A stretch of DNA of 64,000 nucleotides. Source: Anaerolineae bacterium (GTDB lineage Bacteria; Chloroflexota; Anaerolineae; CG2-30-64-16). The stretch covers positions 5,037 to 69,036 of the forward strand of contig DAOTZV010000192.1 of assembly GCA_034434235.1 (NCBI GenBank), written 5' to 3'. Below, piece by piece: positions 20,330 through 29,427 of the stretch (the stretch's first letter is position 1; each line of letters begins with the position of its first letter). The notes under the pieces were generated by a model. It did not search any database. It saw nothing but the letters and a program-made list of their open reading frames with translations, and was not told where the DNA came from. Both the position numbers and the translations under genes were made by a program.

Positions 20330-21229
20330 ATGTCACATCCATCCTGGCGCGGCAGCTTTGCCATTCCGATGACCCCGTTCGACGAGCGGGACCGGATCGA
20401 CGAAGAGGTGCTGGCCGCGGAGATCGAGTTCTGCATCCAATCACGCGTCGGCGGCATCGTGACGCCGGTGATGGTGAGCGAGTTTCAGACCCTCTCCGAA
20501 GAGGAGCGCCGACTGATGATCCGCGTGCCGGTCGAAGTGGCGCGCGGCCGCGTGCCGGTCGTCGCGAACTGCGCTGCGGTCAATACGCCGCTGGCGGTCC
20601 GCTATGCGGTCTACGCGGAACAGGTAGGCGCGGCCGCGGTGATCGCCATGCCGCCCTACGGCCTCCCCGCCGATTTCGACACCGTTTACGCCTACTACAA
20701 GGCGATCTCCGATGCGATTTCCATCCCGATCTGGATCCAAAACGCCGGCGTGGCGCCCCTCTCGCTCGATCAGGTCGTCCGCCTGTGCACCGAGATCGAG
20801 CACGTGAGCTGGGTGAAAGAGGAGGTGAATCCGGGCCCGCAACGGATCGGCATGTTGCTCGATCGCAAGTGCCCGGCCATCCACGGGGTGATGGGCGGCT
20901 ACGGCGGCCGCTACATGATCACCGAGTGGGCGCGCGGCGCGGCCGGGGTGATCCACGCCTGCCAGTTCTGCGACGTGGTGCAACGGGTGTGGGAGCTGCT
21001 GGACGCCGGCCAGGAGGATGCGGCGCGCGATCTCTTCGAACATCTCTTGCCCGGCCTGACGCTGGAAGGGCTGATGGGGATGGCCTTCGCCAAGGAGATC
21101 ATGGTGCGCCGGGGCATCTTCAAGAACCATCGGATGCGCAGCCAGGCGCGTCCGCTGGATGCGCACGACATGCGCGAGATAGATCGGGTGTGGGAGCGCA
21201 TCCAGCCCTATCTGATCTGGCGCAAATGA
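20330..21229 (+). CDS. DapA-family protein (2-keto-3-deoxy sugar acid dehydratase-like)
   Basis: MTPF, VMVSE in place of GxxGE, AMPPY and WVKEE. Confidence 0.82.
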   Translation: MSHPSWRGSFAIPMTPFDERDRIDEEVLAAEIEFCIQSRVGGIVTPVMVSEFQTLSEEERRLMIRVPVEVARGRVPVVANCAAVNTPLAVRYAVYAEQVGAAAVIAMPPYGLPADFDTVYAYYKAISDAISIPIWIQNAGVAPLSLDQVVRLCTEIEHVSWVKEEVNPGPQRIGMLLDRKCPAIHGVMGGYGGRYMITEWARGAAGVIHACQFCDVVQRVWELLDAGQEDAARDLFEHLLPGLTLEGLMGMAFAKEIMVRRGIFKNHRMRSQARPLDAHDMREIDRVWERIQPYLIWRK

Positions 21230-21246
21230 ATAAGTGGAGGGACGGT

Positions 21247-22476
21247 GTGAGCAAGGCTTTTTCTGTCCGCGCAGTGCATTGTGACTATCGCGCCAGCGAG
21301 GAAGAGGTGTATCGGGCGCTCAAGCGCGCCACCGATCCGCTGGCGCGTGCCTGGGAGAAGCTGGAGCGGGCCCGGCGCATCGGCATCAAGTTCAACCATC
21401 ACTGGTCGCCGGGCCGGGTGGTGATGTATCAGGGCCATCGCCAGCAGTTGGTGAGCGATGTGGTGGCGCGCGCGGTCCTGCGCCTGTTGCGCGAGCGCAC
21501 GCGGGCCGAGCTGTTCGTCGTGGACGTGGGGGTGGAGCGGCCGCTGCCGGGCGAATCGCCCGAGTCGCTCGTGCAGCTCATGCCGGTTCTGCAAGAATTC
21601 GACGTGCCGTTCATTGACGGCCATCGGGATAAGGTGGTCTGGGCGGAAGTGCCCGGCGGCGGGCAGATGTTCCGGCGCTATCCCGTGCCCCAGTGCACGG
21701 TCGAGGCCGATGCGATGGTGTCGGTGCAAAAGCTCAAGAACCACCTGTTCGCCGGCGTTACCCTCTGCTTGAAGAACCTGTTCGGCCTGATGCCGATCCA
21801 ACCGCATGGCCGGCCGCGCGGCTATTACCATCACCTGGTGCGCATGCCCTATGTCTTTGCCGATCTGGGCCGCATCTTCGACCCGGCGCTCAACATCCTC
21901 GATGGACTGGTGTGCCAGGCCGGCGAGGAATGGGGCAAGGGCGAACATCGGCGCATCTGCAACACGCTGATCGCCGGCGACCAGGTGATCGCGACCGACG
22001 CGTGCGCCGCGCACCTGATGGGCCATGATCCGCAGGCCGATTGGCCGACCCCGCCGTTCCTGCGCGATCGCAACACTTTGCTGGTGGCGGCCCAGGCCGG
22101 CTTCGGCACCGTGGATCTGCAGGAAATTGACTTTCAAACGGAGGTGGCGGCCCCGCTCGGCGAGTTTTTCGCCAAGACGATAGATCCACCGGAGACGATC
22201 CGAAGCTGGCGCCGTACTATGGCCGAACAGGCGCTCTATTACGCGGAGCACAAGGAGGCTTTCGCGCAGAAGTACGCCGGCAAGTATATCCTGCTTCAGA
22301 TGGGCGAGGTGCGCTGGTCGAGCGAGACGGGTAACCTCACGGTCAGCCGCCGCGAGCTGGCCGGCGACTTCCCCGCCCAGGCCATGTGGCTGAAGTACGT
22401 GGATCCCCAGGAGACCGAAGGGGAGCATTACGGGGTATATGAGGAGACGCTGAGGAAGATGGGGCGCGAAGAGTGA
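21247..22476 (+). CDS. DUF362 domain protein with an extra C-terminal domain
   Basis: IGIKFN, KLKNHLFAGVTLCLKNLFG, LNILDG and IATDA; GTG start. Confidence 0.85.
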   Translation: MSKAFSVRAVHCDYRASEEEVYRALKRATDPLARAWEKLERARRIGIKFNHHWSPGRVVMYQGHRQQLVSDVVARAVLRLLRERTRAELFVVDVGVERPLPGESPESLVQLMPVLQEFDVPFIDGHRDKVVWAEVPGGGQMFRRYPVPQCTVEADAMVSVQKLKNHLFAGVTLCLKNLFGLMPIQPHGRPRGYYHHLVRMPYVFADLGRIFDPALNILDGLVCQAGEEWGKGEHRRICNTLIAGDQVIATDACAAHLMGHDPQADWPTPPFLRDRNTLLVAAQAGFGTVDLQEIDFQTEVAAPLGEFFAKTIDPPETIRSWRRTMAEQALYYAEHKEAFAQKYAGKYILLQMGEVRWSSETGNLTVSRRELAGDFPAQAMWLKYVDPQETEGEHYGVYEETLRKMGREE

Positions 22477-22592
22477 AACGTGAAACGCAAAAACGTAAAA
22501 CGTAAAAACGTAAAGCGTAAAACATCGTGCGTCATAGATCAAAGGCTAAGCAAAACATAATGACGTTTCACGTTTCGCGTTTGACGCTTTTC
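22474..22592. repeat. Heptamer repeat tracts (AAACGTA and inverted TTTCACG)
   Basis: Two oppositely oriented tracts after the stop codon. Confidence 0.75.
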
Positions 22593-22620
22593 ACACAACA
22601 CCCAAAGAGAGGATCTACCC

Positions 22621-23940
22621 ATGACATCTACCCAAAGCCAGGCCGTCGAGCAGGCGTTGGATAAGGTCAACACCTATTCCCGGCCGTCCGACCTCAAGAT
22701 CACCGATCTGCGGGTGGCGGTGGTCTGCTCGAATTACGATTATCCGATCATCCGCATTGACACCAATCAGGGGGTGTACGGCATCGGCGAGGTGCGCGAC
22801 GCCGGCCACAAGGAGAACGCGCTCCAGTTCAAGAGCATGCTCCTGGGCCAGAACCCGTGCAACGTGGACATGATCTTTCGCGCCATCAAACGCTTCGGCA
22901 ACTGGGGGCGCGAAGGGGGTGGGGTCTCGGGCATCGAGATCGCGCTCTGGGATCTGGTGGGCAAAGTGTACGGCGTGCCGTGCTATCAGTTCCTGGGCGG
23001 CAAGTATCGGGATCGGGTGCGCATCTACGCGGACACGCCCACGCCCGAACAGCCCACCCCCGAGGCCTACGTCCAACGCGTGCTCGGCCGCAAGGCGCTG
23101 GGGCTCACCTTTATCAAGTTCGACATCCGGCCGGAGATATGGGAGGTCAACCCGGATTGCCTGATCGGCACGCCGCCGCGCGGCGAATACGCGATGGGGC
23201 TGCGCTGGCGCGCGCCCGGCGCCGGCTTCGGCAGCCGCATCACCGACGCCGGCATCGAGCGCGTGCGCGAGATCGTCGCGGCCGTGCGCCAGGCGGTCGG
23301 CTGGGAGACGTCGCTCTGCATTGATCACTTCGGGCACGGCCACATGACCGCCAAGGAGGTGATCCGCCTGGGCCGGGCGCTGGAGCCGTACGGCCTGGCG
23401 TGGATGGAGGATCCGATGCCCTGGTGGGACATCGCCGGCCATAAGGAGGTGACCGATGCGATCGGCGTGCCCACGGCCGCGGGCGAGGAGCTCTATCTGT
23501 GGGACGGCTTCCGGGAGATGATCGAGACGCGGGCGGTGGACATCCTCCATCCCGATCTGCTCACGGCCGGCGGAATGCTGGAGACGAAGCGGATCGCGGA
23601 TTACGGCGAACGGTATGGCCTGCCGACCGCGCTGCACTTTGCCGGTTCGCCCATCGCCTTCATGGCCAATCTGCACACGGCCGCCGCCATTCCCAGCTTC
23701 GTGGCGCTGGAACATCACGGCCTCGATCTGCCGTTCTGGAGCAGCCTGGTGAAGGGCCTGCCCGAGCCGCTCATGGAGGATGGCTTCGTGCGCGTGCCCG
23801 AGCGGCCCGGGCTGGGCGTGGACCTGGACTACGACGGGATCGCGGCCAACCTGCGCTTCCCCGGCCTCTTTGAGCCCACCGACGAGTGGAACACGCCGAA
23901 GCTGGGGTTCTGGCAGCCGGATCGGCGGTGGGATAAGTAG
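22621..23940 (+). CDS. Mandelate racemase/muconate lactonizing enzyme family acid-sugar dehydratase
   Basis: SGIEIALWDLVGK, FIKFD, DHFGH, WMEDP, AGEE and HPD. Confidence 0.92.
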   Translation: MTSTQSQAVEQALDKVNTYSRPSDLKITDLRVAVVCSNYDYPIIRIDTNQGVYGIGEVRDAGHKENALQFKSMLLGQNPCNVDMIFRAIKRFGNWGREGGGVSGIEIALWDLVGKVYGVPCYQFLGGKYRDRVRIYADTPTPEQPTPEAYVQRVLGRKALGLTFIKFDIRPEIWEVNPDCLIGTPPRGEYAMGLRWRAPGAGFGSRITDAGIERVREIVAAVRQAVGWETSLCIDHFGHGHMTAKEVIRLGRALEPYGLAWMEDPMPWWDIAGHKEVTDAIGVPTAAGEELYLWDGFREMIETRAVDILHPDLLTAGGMLETKRIADYGERYGLPTALHFAGSPIAFMANLHTAAAIPSFVALEHHGLDLPFWSSLVKGLPEPLMEDGFVRVPERPGLGVDLDYDGIAANLRFPGLFEPTDEWNTPKLGFWQPDRRWDK

Positions 23941-23948
23941 GGGGTCGG

Positions 23949-23996
23949 GCGTAAAACGTCAAACGTTAAACGTAAAGCGTAAAACGTAAAACGTCA
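23949..23996. repeat. Heptamer tandem repeat (AAACGTA)
   Basis: Lies between convergent genes and abuts the stop codon at 23994. Confidence 0.8.
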
Positions 23997-24818
23997 GGCG
24001 TCGGGGTCGGTCGGTTCGTTCAGGTTGATTTCGATTTCCGGCAGGCCTTCGTTTTTGCGCGGCCGCGGCCTGGTGGTCGGCTCGGGTTTGGCCGCGCTGG
24101 AGGCCGGCTTCGGTTTGGCCGCGCCGGTGGTCGGCTTGGGCTTGGCCGCGCTCGAGGCCGGCTTCGGTTTGGCAGCCGTTTGCGTTGTCGGCCTGGGTTT
24201 GGCGGTGCTCGAGGCCGGTTTCGGCTTGGGCTTGGCGGTGCTGGAAGCTGGCTTCGGCCTGGTCGTGGCATCGGTCGGCTTCGGTTTGGCGGCCGATTGC
24301 GTGGTCGGCCTGGGCTTTGCGCCGGCCGTCGGCTTCAGGCCCGGCAGGTTGAAGAGGCCGCCCAACAGCGGCAGGAGCTTTTGCAGCGCTTTGATCGCGG
24401 CGCTCAAGTCGAGGCCGGTCGTCTTCATCAGTTCCTGCGGCAGGCCGCTGGCCTTGAGCGCGTTCGGGTCCGGTTCTTCGCCGCTGCTCGCCTGCGCCAG
24501 GAGCGCGCTCAGGTCAATGCCGGCTGCTTTCCGGGCGGCTTCTCCCTGACCGGCTTCGCCGGCCAGACGGCCGGCGAGCAGGGCAAGCACCGCCTGAACG
24601 ACGGCCGGCGTCACCTGGGCTTGTTCGGCCAGGCCCGCTACCGGATCGCCGGCCGGCGCCGCTCCGCCGGCCAGGAGCGACGAGAGCAGCCCTGCCGGCG
24701 AGCTGCCTTCTTTTCCTTCGGCCCCGCCCAGCAGCGCGGCCAACAGATGGCCGAGCGGATCGCTCTCCTGCTGGGCTTTGCCTTTGTTTCCTCCGAGCAA
24801 TTGCATCAGCTCGTCCAT
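23994..24818 (-). CDS. Hypothetical protein: DUF937-like N-terminus and Lys/Pro/Ala-rich AAKPKP repeat tail
   Basis: LGHLLAALLGG...GLLSSLL helices; about 8 AKP(K/R/E)P(ASS/TT) repeats. Confidence 0.75.
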   Translation of the reverse strand: MDELMQLLGGNKGKAQQESDPLGHLLAALLGGAEGKEGSSPAGLLSSLLAGGAAPAGDPVAGLAEQAQVTPAVVQAVLALLAGRLAGEAGQGEAARKAAGIDLSALLAQASSGEEPDPNALKASGLPQELMKTTGLDLSAAIKALQKLLPLLGGLFNLPGLKPTAGAKPRPTTQSAAKPKPTDATTRPKPASSTAKPKPKPASSTAKPRPTTQTAAKPKPASSAAKPKPTTGAAKPKPASSAAKPEPTTRPRPRKNEGLPEIEINLNEPTDPDA

Positions 24819-24861
24819 TTTGCCCTCTCTGTCTTGGTCTAGCAATTCCGCGCGCCGCGGC

Positions 24862-27429
24862 TCACGCCAGATGCAACCGCATCACGTCCTGATCGTAAGT
24901 GATATCCATGGTGTCGGCCGGGAACTCGGCCTGGCCGTAGATGCTCTCGTGATGTTTGAAGCCAACGATCGGCTCTTCCCGGCCGTTGCGGAGCAGGGGA
25001 CCGGTCCAATCGAACTCGAGGTGTTCGTCGCGGATCGTGCGCCAGGAGACGCGAAGCCCGTCCACGACCGGCGGCCGGGCCAATACCCGCCGGCGAAACG
25101 CCTCGAAGCTGCCATCCATTTCCTTCGATCCCATTTGACATAACCATACGTTGCGCGGCCCCGGCGAACGCAGCTCGCGATAGGCGTCCGGGCCGGTGCG
25201 CATCAAGGTGAATCCCTGGCCGGCGTAGAGCGCCAGATAGCCTTCTTCCACCCGTGCAAAGGCCCAACCGCCCTCGATCACGTGCTCTTTGAACGCGTAG
25301 GTCGGGAAGTAGGCGTGCGTGAAGCCCAACCAGTCGTCTGCGGGCAGTTGGTAGAGCGCGATCAGCGCGTCCTTCCACTGCGCCACGCGCGGCAGCCGGC
25401 CGTTGCCGCGCCACCAGCCCGCCGCGCGGCCATCCGACTCGCTGAAGCTGGTCGGATGGTTGGTGAAGACCAGCGCCTCCGGGCTCATGGTGGCCTGCCA
25501 GATGTGCTCGCAGCGGCCGCGGGCGCCGGGCCGATAGTCCTGGGCCGAGCTGAGCATGAAGTCGGCCGTGCGGTAGGTGGCGGTGTTCACCTCAATCGCG
25601 GATGCCGCGGCCGCGTCGGCCGGCTCGACGCCCGACTGGCGGCCGCGCGCCCACACCTCGCGCTCGACGTCGGTCGCGATCGAGTGGATGACGGTCGGCA
25701 GCTCGTAGCTGCGGCCGGCCACCATCAGGCTGATCGCGGCGATCATGCCGCCCTGCGGGCCGCCCATGCCCCACAACATGCGGCCCACCGCCGCTTCGGG
25801 CGCGAAGCGGGCGCTGCGCAGGGTGGCCACGTCGGTCAGGCCGCGGCTGCCGCCGAAGCTGCCGTGGAACGATTGCACGGCCACATCGAACAGCACCTTG
25901 TCCAGCAGCACGGCCGCATGATCCATGATGGCTTCGGCCTTGGCCAGGTCCACCAGGTGGAGGAGCGCGGCGATGATCAGGTCGGTCTGCGCGTTCCAGA
26001 GCCCGAAGCCCGTGCGCGCGTGCGTCTTCAACCAGGCGGCCGCGCGGGTCTCGCCTTCGCTGCGTTCCTGGCGGCCGGTGCGTCCCGTGGCCGCGAAACG
26101 GTGGCGGCCGAAGATCTGTCCGGCCAGGATCTGGCACGTGTAGAGCACGATCTGCTCGGCTTCGGTGAGGGGCGGGTAGCCGGCCGGCATGCCTCGATAG
26201 TCGAAGCCGAGCAGCGCCGCGTCCAGCTCTTCGAGCAGGTCGGCCGGGAACTTCGCGTGGCTCGCCATGCGCTGCCGTATGCTCACCAGCCCGAGCAGGT
26301 CGGGCAGGCAACCGAGCTCCCGGCGGTTCACCCGGCCGATGCCGGCGCGGATGTTCTTCGCATCCACCGTGCCCCACCAGTCGGCCGCCATCTGGCCGAG
26401 CTCGCCGAACACGGTGCCGCTCTGCGAGGCGTGGCGCAACAGATCGCGCAGGCCCTGGCTATAGTCTGCTTCGGGCGTCTCGGAGAAGGGGCGGTTGGCC
26501 ACCCAGAAGCGATATGTGCGCTGGGCGCGCAGGTTGGCCTCGTAGAACAAGGTGGGCGGAGGCATCAGGACCGCCTGCATGGGGCCGGGCGGCAACTGCA
26601 CCCCGTAGATGGTGTTGATCTGTGCGCCGGATTGCACCGAGCCGTGCGATTCGCCGTAGATCCAGCCCTCCGGCGTTTGCAGGCGCAGCACCGACTCGTA
26701 CGCGGCCGGCGTATCGTCCGGGCTGATCAGCCGTGCAACGTCGTCGGCCGTCACCACGGCCCGGTCGAGATAGGGGAACTGGTAGGCGCGTTCGACGGCC
26801 AGCCGATCCTTCGGCCGCAGGGTCAACGTCATCAGTTTGGCCTTGACCGAGGAGGCCGCTGCGCCCGCGATCCGCAGCCCGAAGGCCAGCGCGGCGTCGC
26901 CGATGGCGATCTGTTCCAGCCGGACGAGCAGGCGATTGTCGCGCGGCCGCAACTGGACGGTTCGGGTGAGCGTGCGCAGCGACTGGTCGGCGGGGTCGGC
27001 GAAGAGGTCTTCATCGGCGCCGAAATGGACGGCTTTGTCGTTCAGCCATACGGTCGTCGGGCAGGTCGCGAAGAGCTGCAGTTCGACTTCCTGCCCGCCG
27101 GCCGAGGAGAGGATCGTATAGGCCCAAACGCGGCGGGCCGTGTAGTTTTTGAAGGAAGCGCTGAAATCGAGCAAATGATCGGCCTCGCAATGGGCCGCCT
27201 CCCAGTAGTGAGGTTCACCTCTGCCCTCGCAGGTAAAGCGATCCAGCTCGGTGGGATCATCGAAGTCGGGCCTGGTTCGATCGGCAGAAGCGAGCATTCG
27301 GCGTCGGAAAGCCGGTTCGGATTCGGCCGGCTCGGGGCGGGCCGTCAGCTCGGTGTCGCACGGGCCCAGGATCAGCCAGTCGTGCACATAGCCGTCGGCG
27401 AGTTGGTAGGAGAGCGCGGTTTTCTTCAT
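24862..27429 (-). CDS. Large uncharacterised protein, possibly carbohydrate-active
   Basis: N-terminal WLILGP...VWLND...NRLLVR beta-sandwich pattern; C-terminal HIWQATM..EALVFTNHP and WWRGNGRLPRVAQ blocks; strong codon bias. Confidence 0.8.
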   Translation of the reverse strand: MKKTALSYQLADGYVHDWLILGPCDTELTARPEPAESEPAFRRRMLASADRTRPDFDDPTELDRFTCEGRGEPHYWEAAHCEADHLLDFSASFKNYTARRVWAYTILSSAGGQEVELQLFATCPTTVWLNDKAVHFGADEDLFADPADQSLRTLTRTVQLRPRDNRLLVRLEQIAIGDAALAFGLRIAGAAASSVKAKLMTLTLRPKDRLAVERAYQFPYLDRAVVTADDVARLISPDDTPAAYESVLRLQTPEGWIYGESHGSVQSGAQINTIYGVQLPPGPMQAVLMPPPTLFYEANLRAQRTYRFWVANRPFSETPEADYSQGLRDLLRHASQSGTVFGELGQMAADWWGTVDAKNIRAGIGRVNRRELGCLPDLLGLVSIRQRMASHAKFPADLLEELDAALLGFDYRGMPAGYPPLTEAEQIVLYTCQILAGQIFGRHRFAATGRTGRQERSEGETRAAAWLKTHARTGFGLWNAQTDLIIAALLHLVDLAKAEAIMDHAAVLLDKVLFDVAVQSFHGSFGGSRGLTDVATLRSARFAPEAAVGRMLWGMGGPQGGMIAAISLMVAGRSYELPTVIHSIATDVEREVWARGRQSGVEPADAAAASAIEVNTATYRTADFMLSSAQDYRPGARGRCEHIWQATMSPEALVFTNHPTSFSESDGRAAGWWRGNGRLPRVAQWKDALIALYQLPADDWLGFTHAYFPTYAFKEHVIEGGWAFARVEEGYLALYAGQGFTLMRTGPDAYRELRSPGPRNVWLCQMGSKEMDGSFEAFRRRVLARPPVVDGLRVSWRTIRDEHLEFDWTGPLLRNGREEPIVGFKHHESIYGQAEFPADTMDITYDQDVMRLHLA

Positions 27430-27540
27430 GCGGTTTGCCTGAATGAAAGGTGTGATGCGTGAACGACAGATAGCAGGATAACACAGGCGGTGATGGCTGT
27501 CAAAGAAAGAGCAACGGCGCAACATCGCAACGAACGGCTT

Positions 27541-27600
27541 CCCTCTCCATCCCCAACCCCCAACCCCTAGCTTCCAGCCCCCAGCTCCCAGCCCCCAGCG
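27541..27600. repeat. Heptamer tandem repeat (AGCCCCC type)
   Basis: 7-bp periodicity between divergent genes. Confidence 0.75.
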
Positions 27601-27658
27601 GTTTGCACAATTCAGGGGCTACGTGTACACTGGTTATAAAGTTGCACGGAGGCATCCC

Positions 27659-28690
27659 TTGCGTATTCATCTCACGCGCGCTCATTTGATCGGCATCTTA
27701 CGGTTAACGCGGTATCGAGAGTACATCTGGTTCGTCGTCGTGAGCACCTGCCTGGGCACGCTCGCGGCGTACGGCGCTGTCGGCTGGAAGCTGGCGGTGG
27801 TGCTCCTGGCGAACGAGCTGGCGGTTGCCTTCGCGTTCATGATCAACGACGTGGAGGATGCGGCCGATGACGCGCTGGACGAGGCGAAGGCGCGGCGCAA
27901 TCCGGTCTCGGCCGGCCTGATCTCGCGGCCGATAGCCTACGGGGCCTCGTTTCTGGCCGCGGCGCTGGCCGCGGCGCTGTATGCCCTCCTCGGGCGATGG
28001 CCGCTGATCGTCGGCGCGACCTGTTTGCTGCTGGCGTTCCTCTATTCCTGGCGTCCCGTGCGGCTGAAGGCGATTCCGGTGGCCGACCTGGTGTCCCATG
28101 CGTTGATGTTGGCGGGGCTTCAGTTTGCGGCCGCGTACGTGACCTTCAACCTGACGCCCGGCCCGCGCTTCTTCTGGCCCCTGGCGATGGCCCTGGCCAT
28201 CAGCGCCTATGGGGAGCTGTTCAATGAGCTGCGGGATCTGGAGGGGGATCGCAAGGCCGGGGTGACGCATACCGCGAGCCTGCTGGGGGCCGAGGCGGCG
28301 CGCCAGCTGGCGGCCGTTTGCGCGTTGATCGGCCTGTTCGCGGCCTTTGTGTCGTTCTTCGTGGTGCAGTTGGCGCCGCTGTGGGTGATGGGGCTATCGG
28401 CGGCGGTGGCCGCGCTGCTGCTGATCCAGCCCGTGCGCCGCCTGCGCCGCCGAGGCGGCCCGGCGCCTTCGCAAGCGCTCCTCCACAAGCCGGTGGAGAT
28501 CGGCACCGCGTTCGCGTTGAGCGTGCGTGTGATCAGTCCGTGGTTGAGCCTGCTGGCCAACACGGCGACGAACGCCTTCCTCCATTCGCCGCTCGGCCAG
28601 TTGGTGATGTCTTCGTCGTGGGTGGCGTGGCTACAACAGCTTCAGCGCATGTGGCAATTGCAGATGGAACTGCTGTTGCGTTTATTCTGA
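27659..28690 (+). CDS. UbiA family prenyltransferase
   Basis: NDVEDAADD, RRNPV, YSWRPVRLK and NELRDLEGD; TTG start after GGAGG. Confidence 0.88.
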   Translation: MRIHLTRAHLIGILRLTRYREYIWFVVVSTCLGTLAAYGAVGWKLAVVLLANELAVAFAFMINDVEDAADDALDEAKARRNPVSAGLISRPIAYGASFLAAALAAALYALLGRWPLIVGATCLLLAFLYSWRPVRLKAIPVADLVSHALMLAGLQFAAAYVTFNLTPGPRFFWPLAMALAISAYGELFNELRDLEGDRKAGVTHTASLLGAEAARQLAAVCALIGLFAAFVSFFVVQLAPLWVMGLSAAVAALLLIQPVRRLRRRGGPAPSQALLHKPVEIGTAFALSVRVISPWLSLLANTATNAFLHSPLGQLVMSSSWVAWLQQLQRMWQLQMELLLRLF

Positions 28691-28729
28691 GATCTTCGAC
28701 CCGCTGAAGAGGAGCCCCCAATCCAGTCA

Positions 28730-28802
28730 TACCCCTGGCTGGATTCGAACCAGCGGCCTTGTGCTTAGAAGGCACCCGCTCTGACCACTGAGCTACAGGG
28801 GC
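28730..28802 (-). tRNA. tRNA-Arg(UCU)
   Basis: Cloverleaf GCCCCTG/CAGGGGT, D arm GCTC/GAGC, loop CTTCTAA, T arm GCTGG-TTCGAAT-CCAGC; CCA not encoded. Confidence 0.95.
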
Positions 28803-28839
28803 TTCACATGCACCATTGTAGTCCAGACGCGACGGCCTG

Positions 28840-29262
28840 TCAAACCAATGCCAGGGGCGACTCGACCGCCGCGAGCGCGGCCAGGAAGCTCGCCAGATCA
28901 GGGAACACGCGGCGGGAGAGGGCGATCACCACCCAATTGGTCGCCAGCGGCGAGATGGTGATCACCGGCACCCCGCGCTGATAGGCGACGTACATCTCCA
29001 GGGCCGTGCCCATGCTGGCGGTCGGCACGTAGGCGATCACCAGGTCGCTGCTCGCGGCGCGCGCCAGCATGTCGAACAGAGTCGTGCGCGCCGTCGTGTC
29101 GTCGTACTCCACGCTGTTGGGGTGCAGGCTGAACGGGTCAACGATCTCGATGTCGGGCCAGCGCGCTTTGAGCGCGGCCGCGATCTGCCGGCGATAGCCC
29201 TGATCCACGATCCCCTTGCCCGGGTTCGAGGCCTGCATCACTCCGCCGATGAAAATGCGCAT
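28840..29262 (-). CDS. Nucleoside 2-deoxyribosyltransferase-like protein
   Basis: RIFIGG...SSDLVIAY...SMGTALEMYVA...PV pattern. Confidence 0.7.
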   Translation of the reverse strand: MRIFIGGVMQASNPGKGIVDQGYRRQIAAALKARWPDIEIVDPFSLHPNSVEYDDTTARTTLFDMLARAASSDLVIAYVPTASMGTALEMYVAYQRGVPVITISPLATNWVVIALSRRVFPDLASFLAALAAVESPLALV

Positions 29263-29427
29263 GGCTCCTTTGCCTCCGCGAAAGATGGGATACGCTATTC
29301 TACATCGGCGGCCGCGAATCCGAAAAAACGCGCGCGGAATCGGAAGCGCCGATTTGCCAGATTCGCCTTCGCGCGTTAAGATGTGCATGGCGTTGAGAAG
29401 CTGTGATTTTCAGGCCAGGAGCACGCC

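Noticed and set aside
28730-28802. tRNA-Arg as an integration site of an island
   Set aside because: No integrase, no duplicated tRNA 3' end and no compositional break seen
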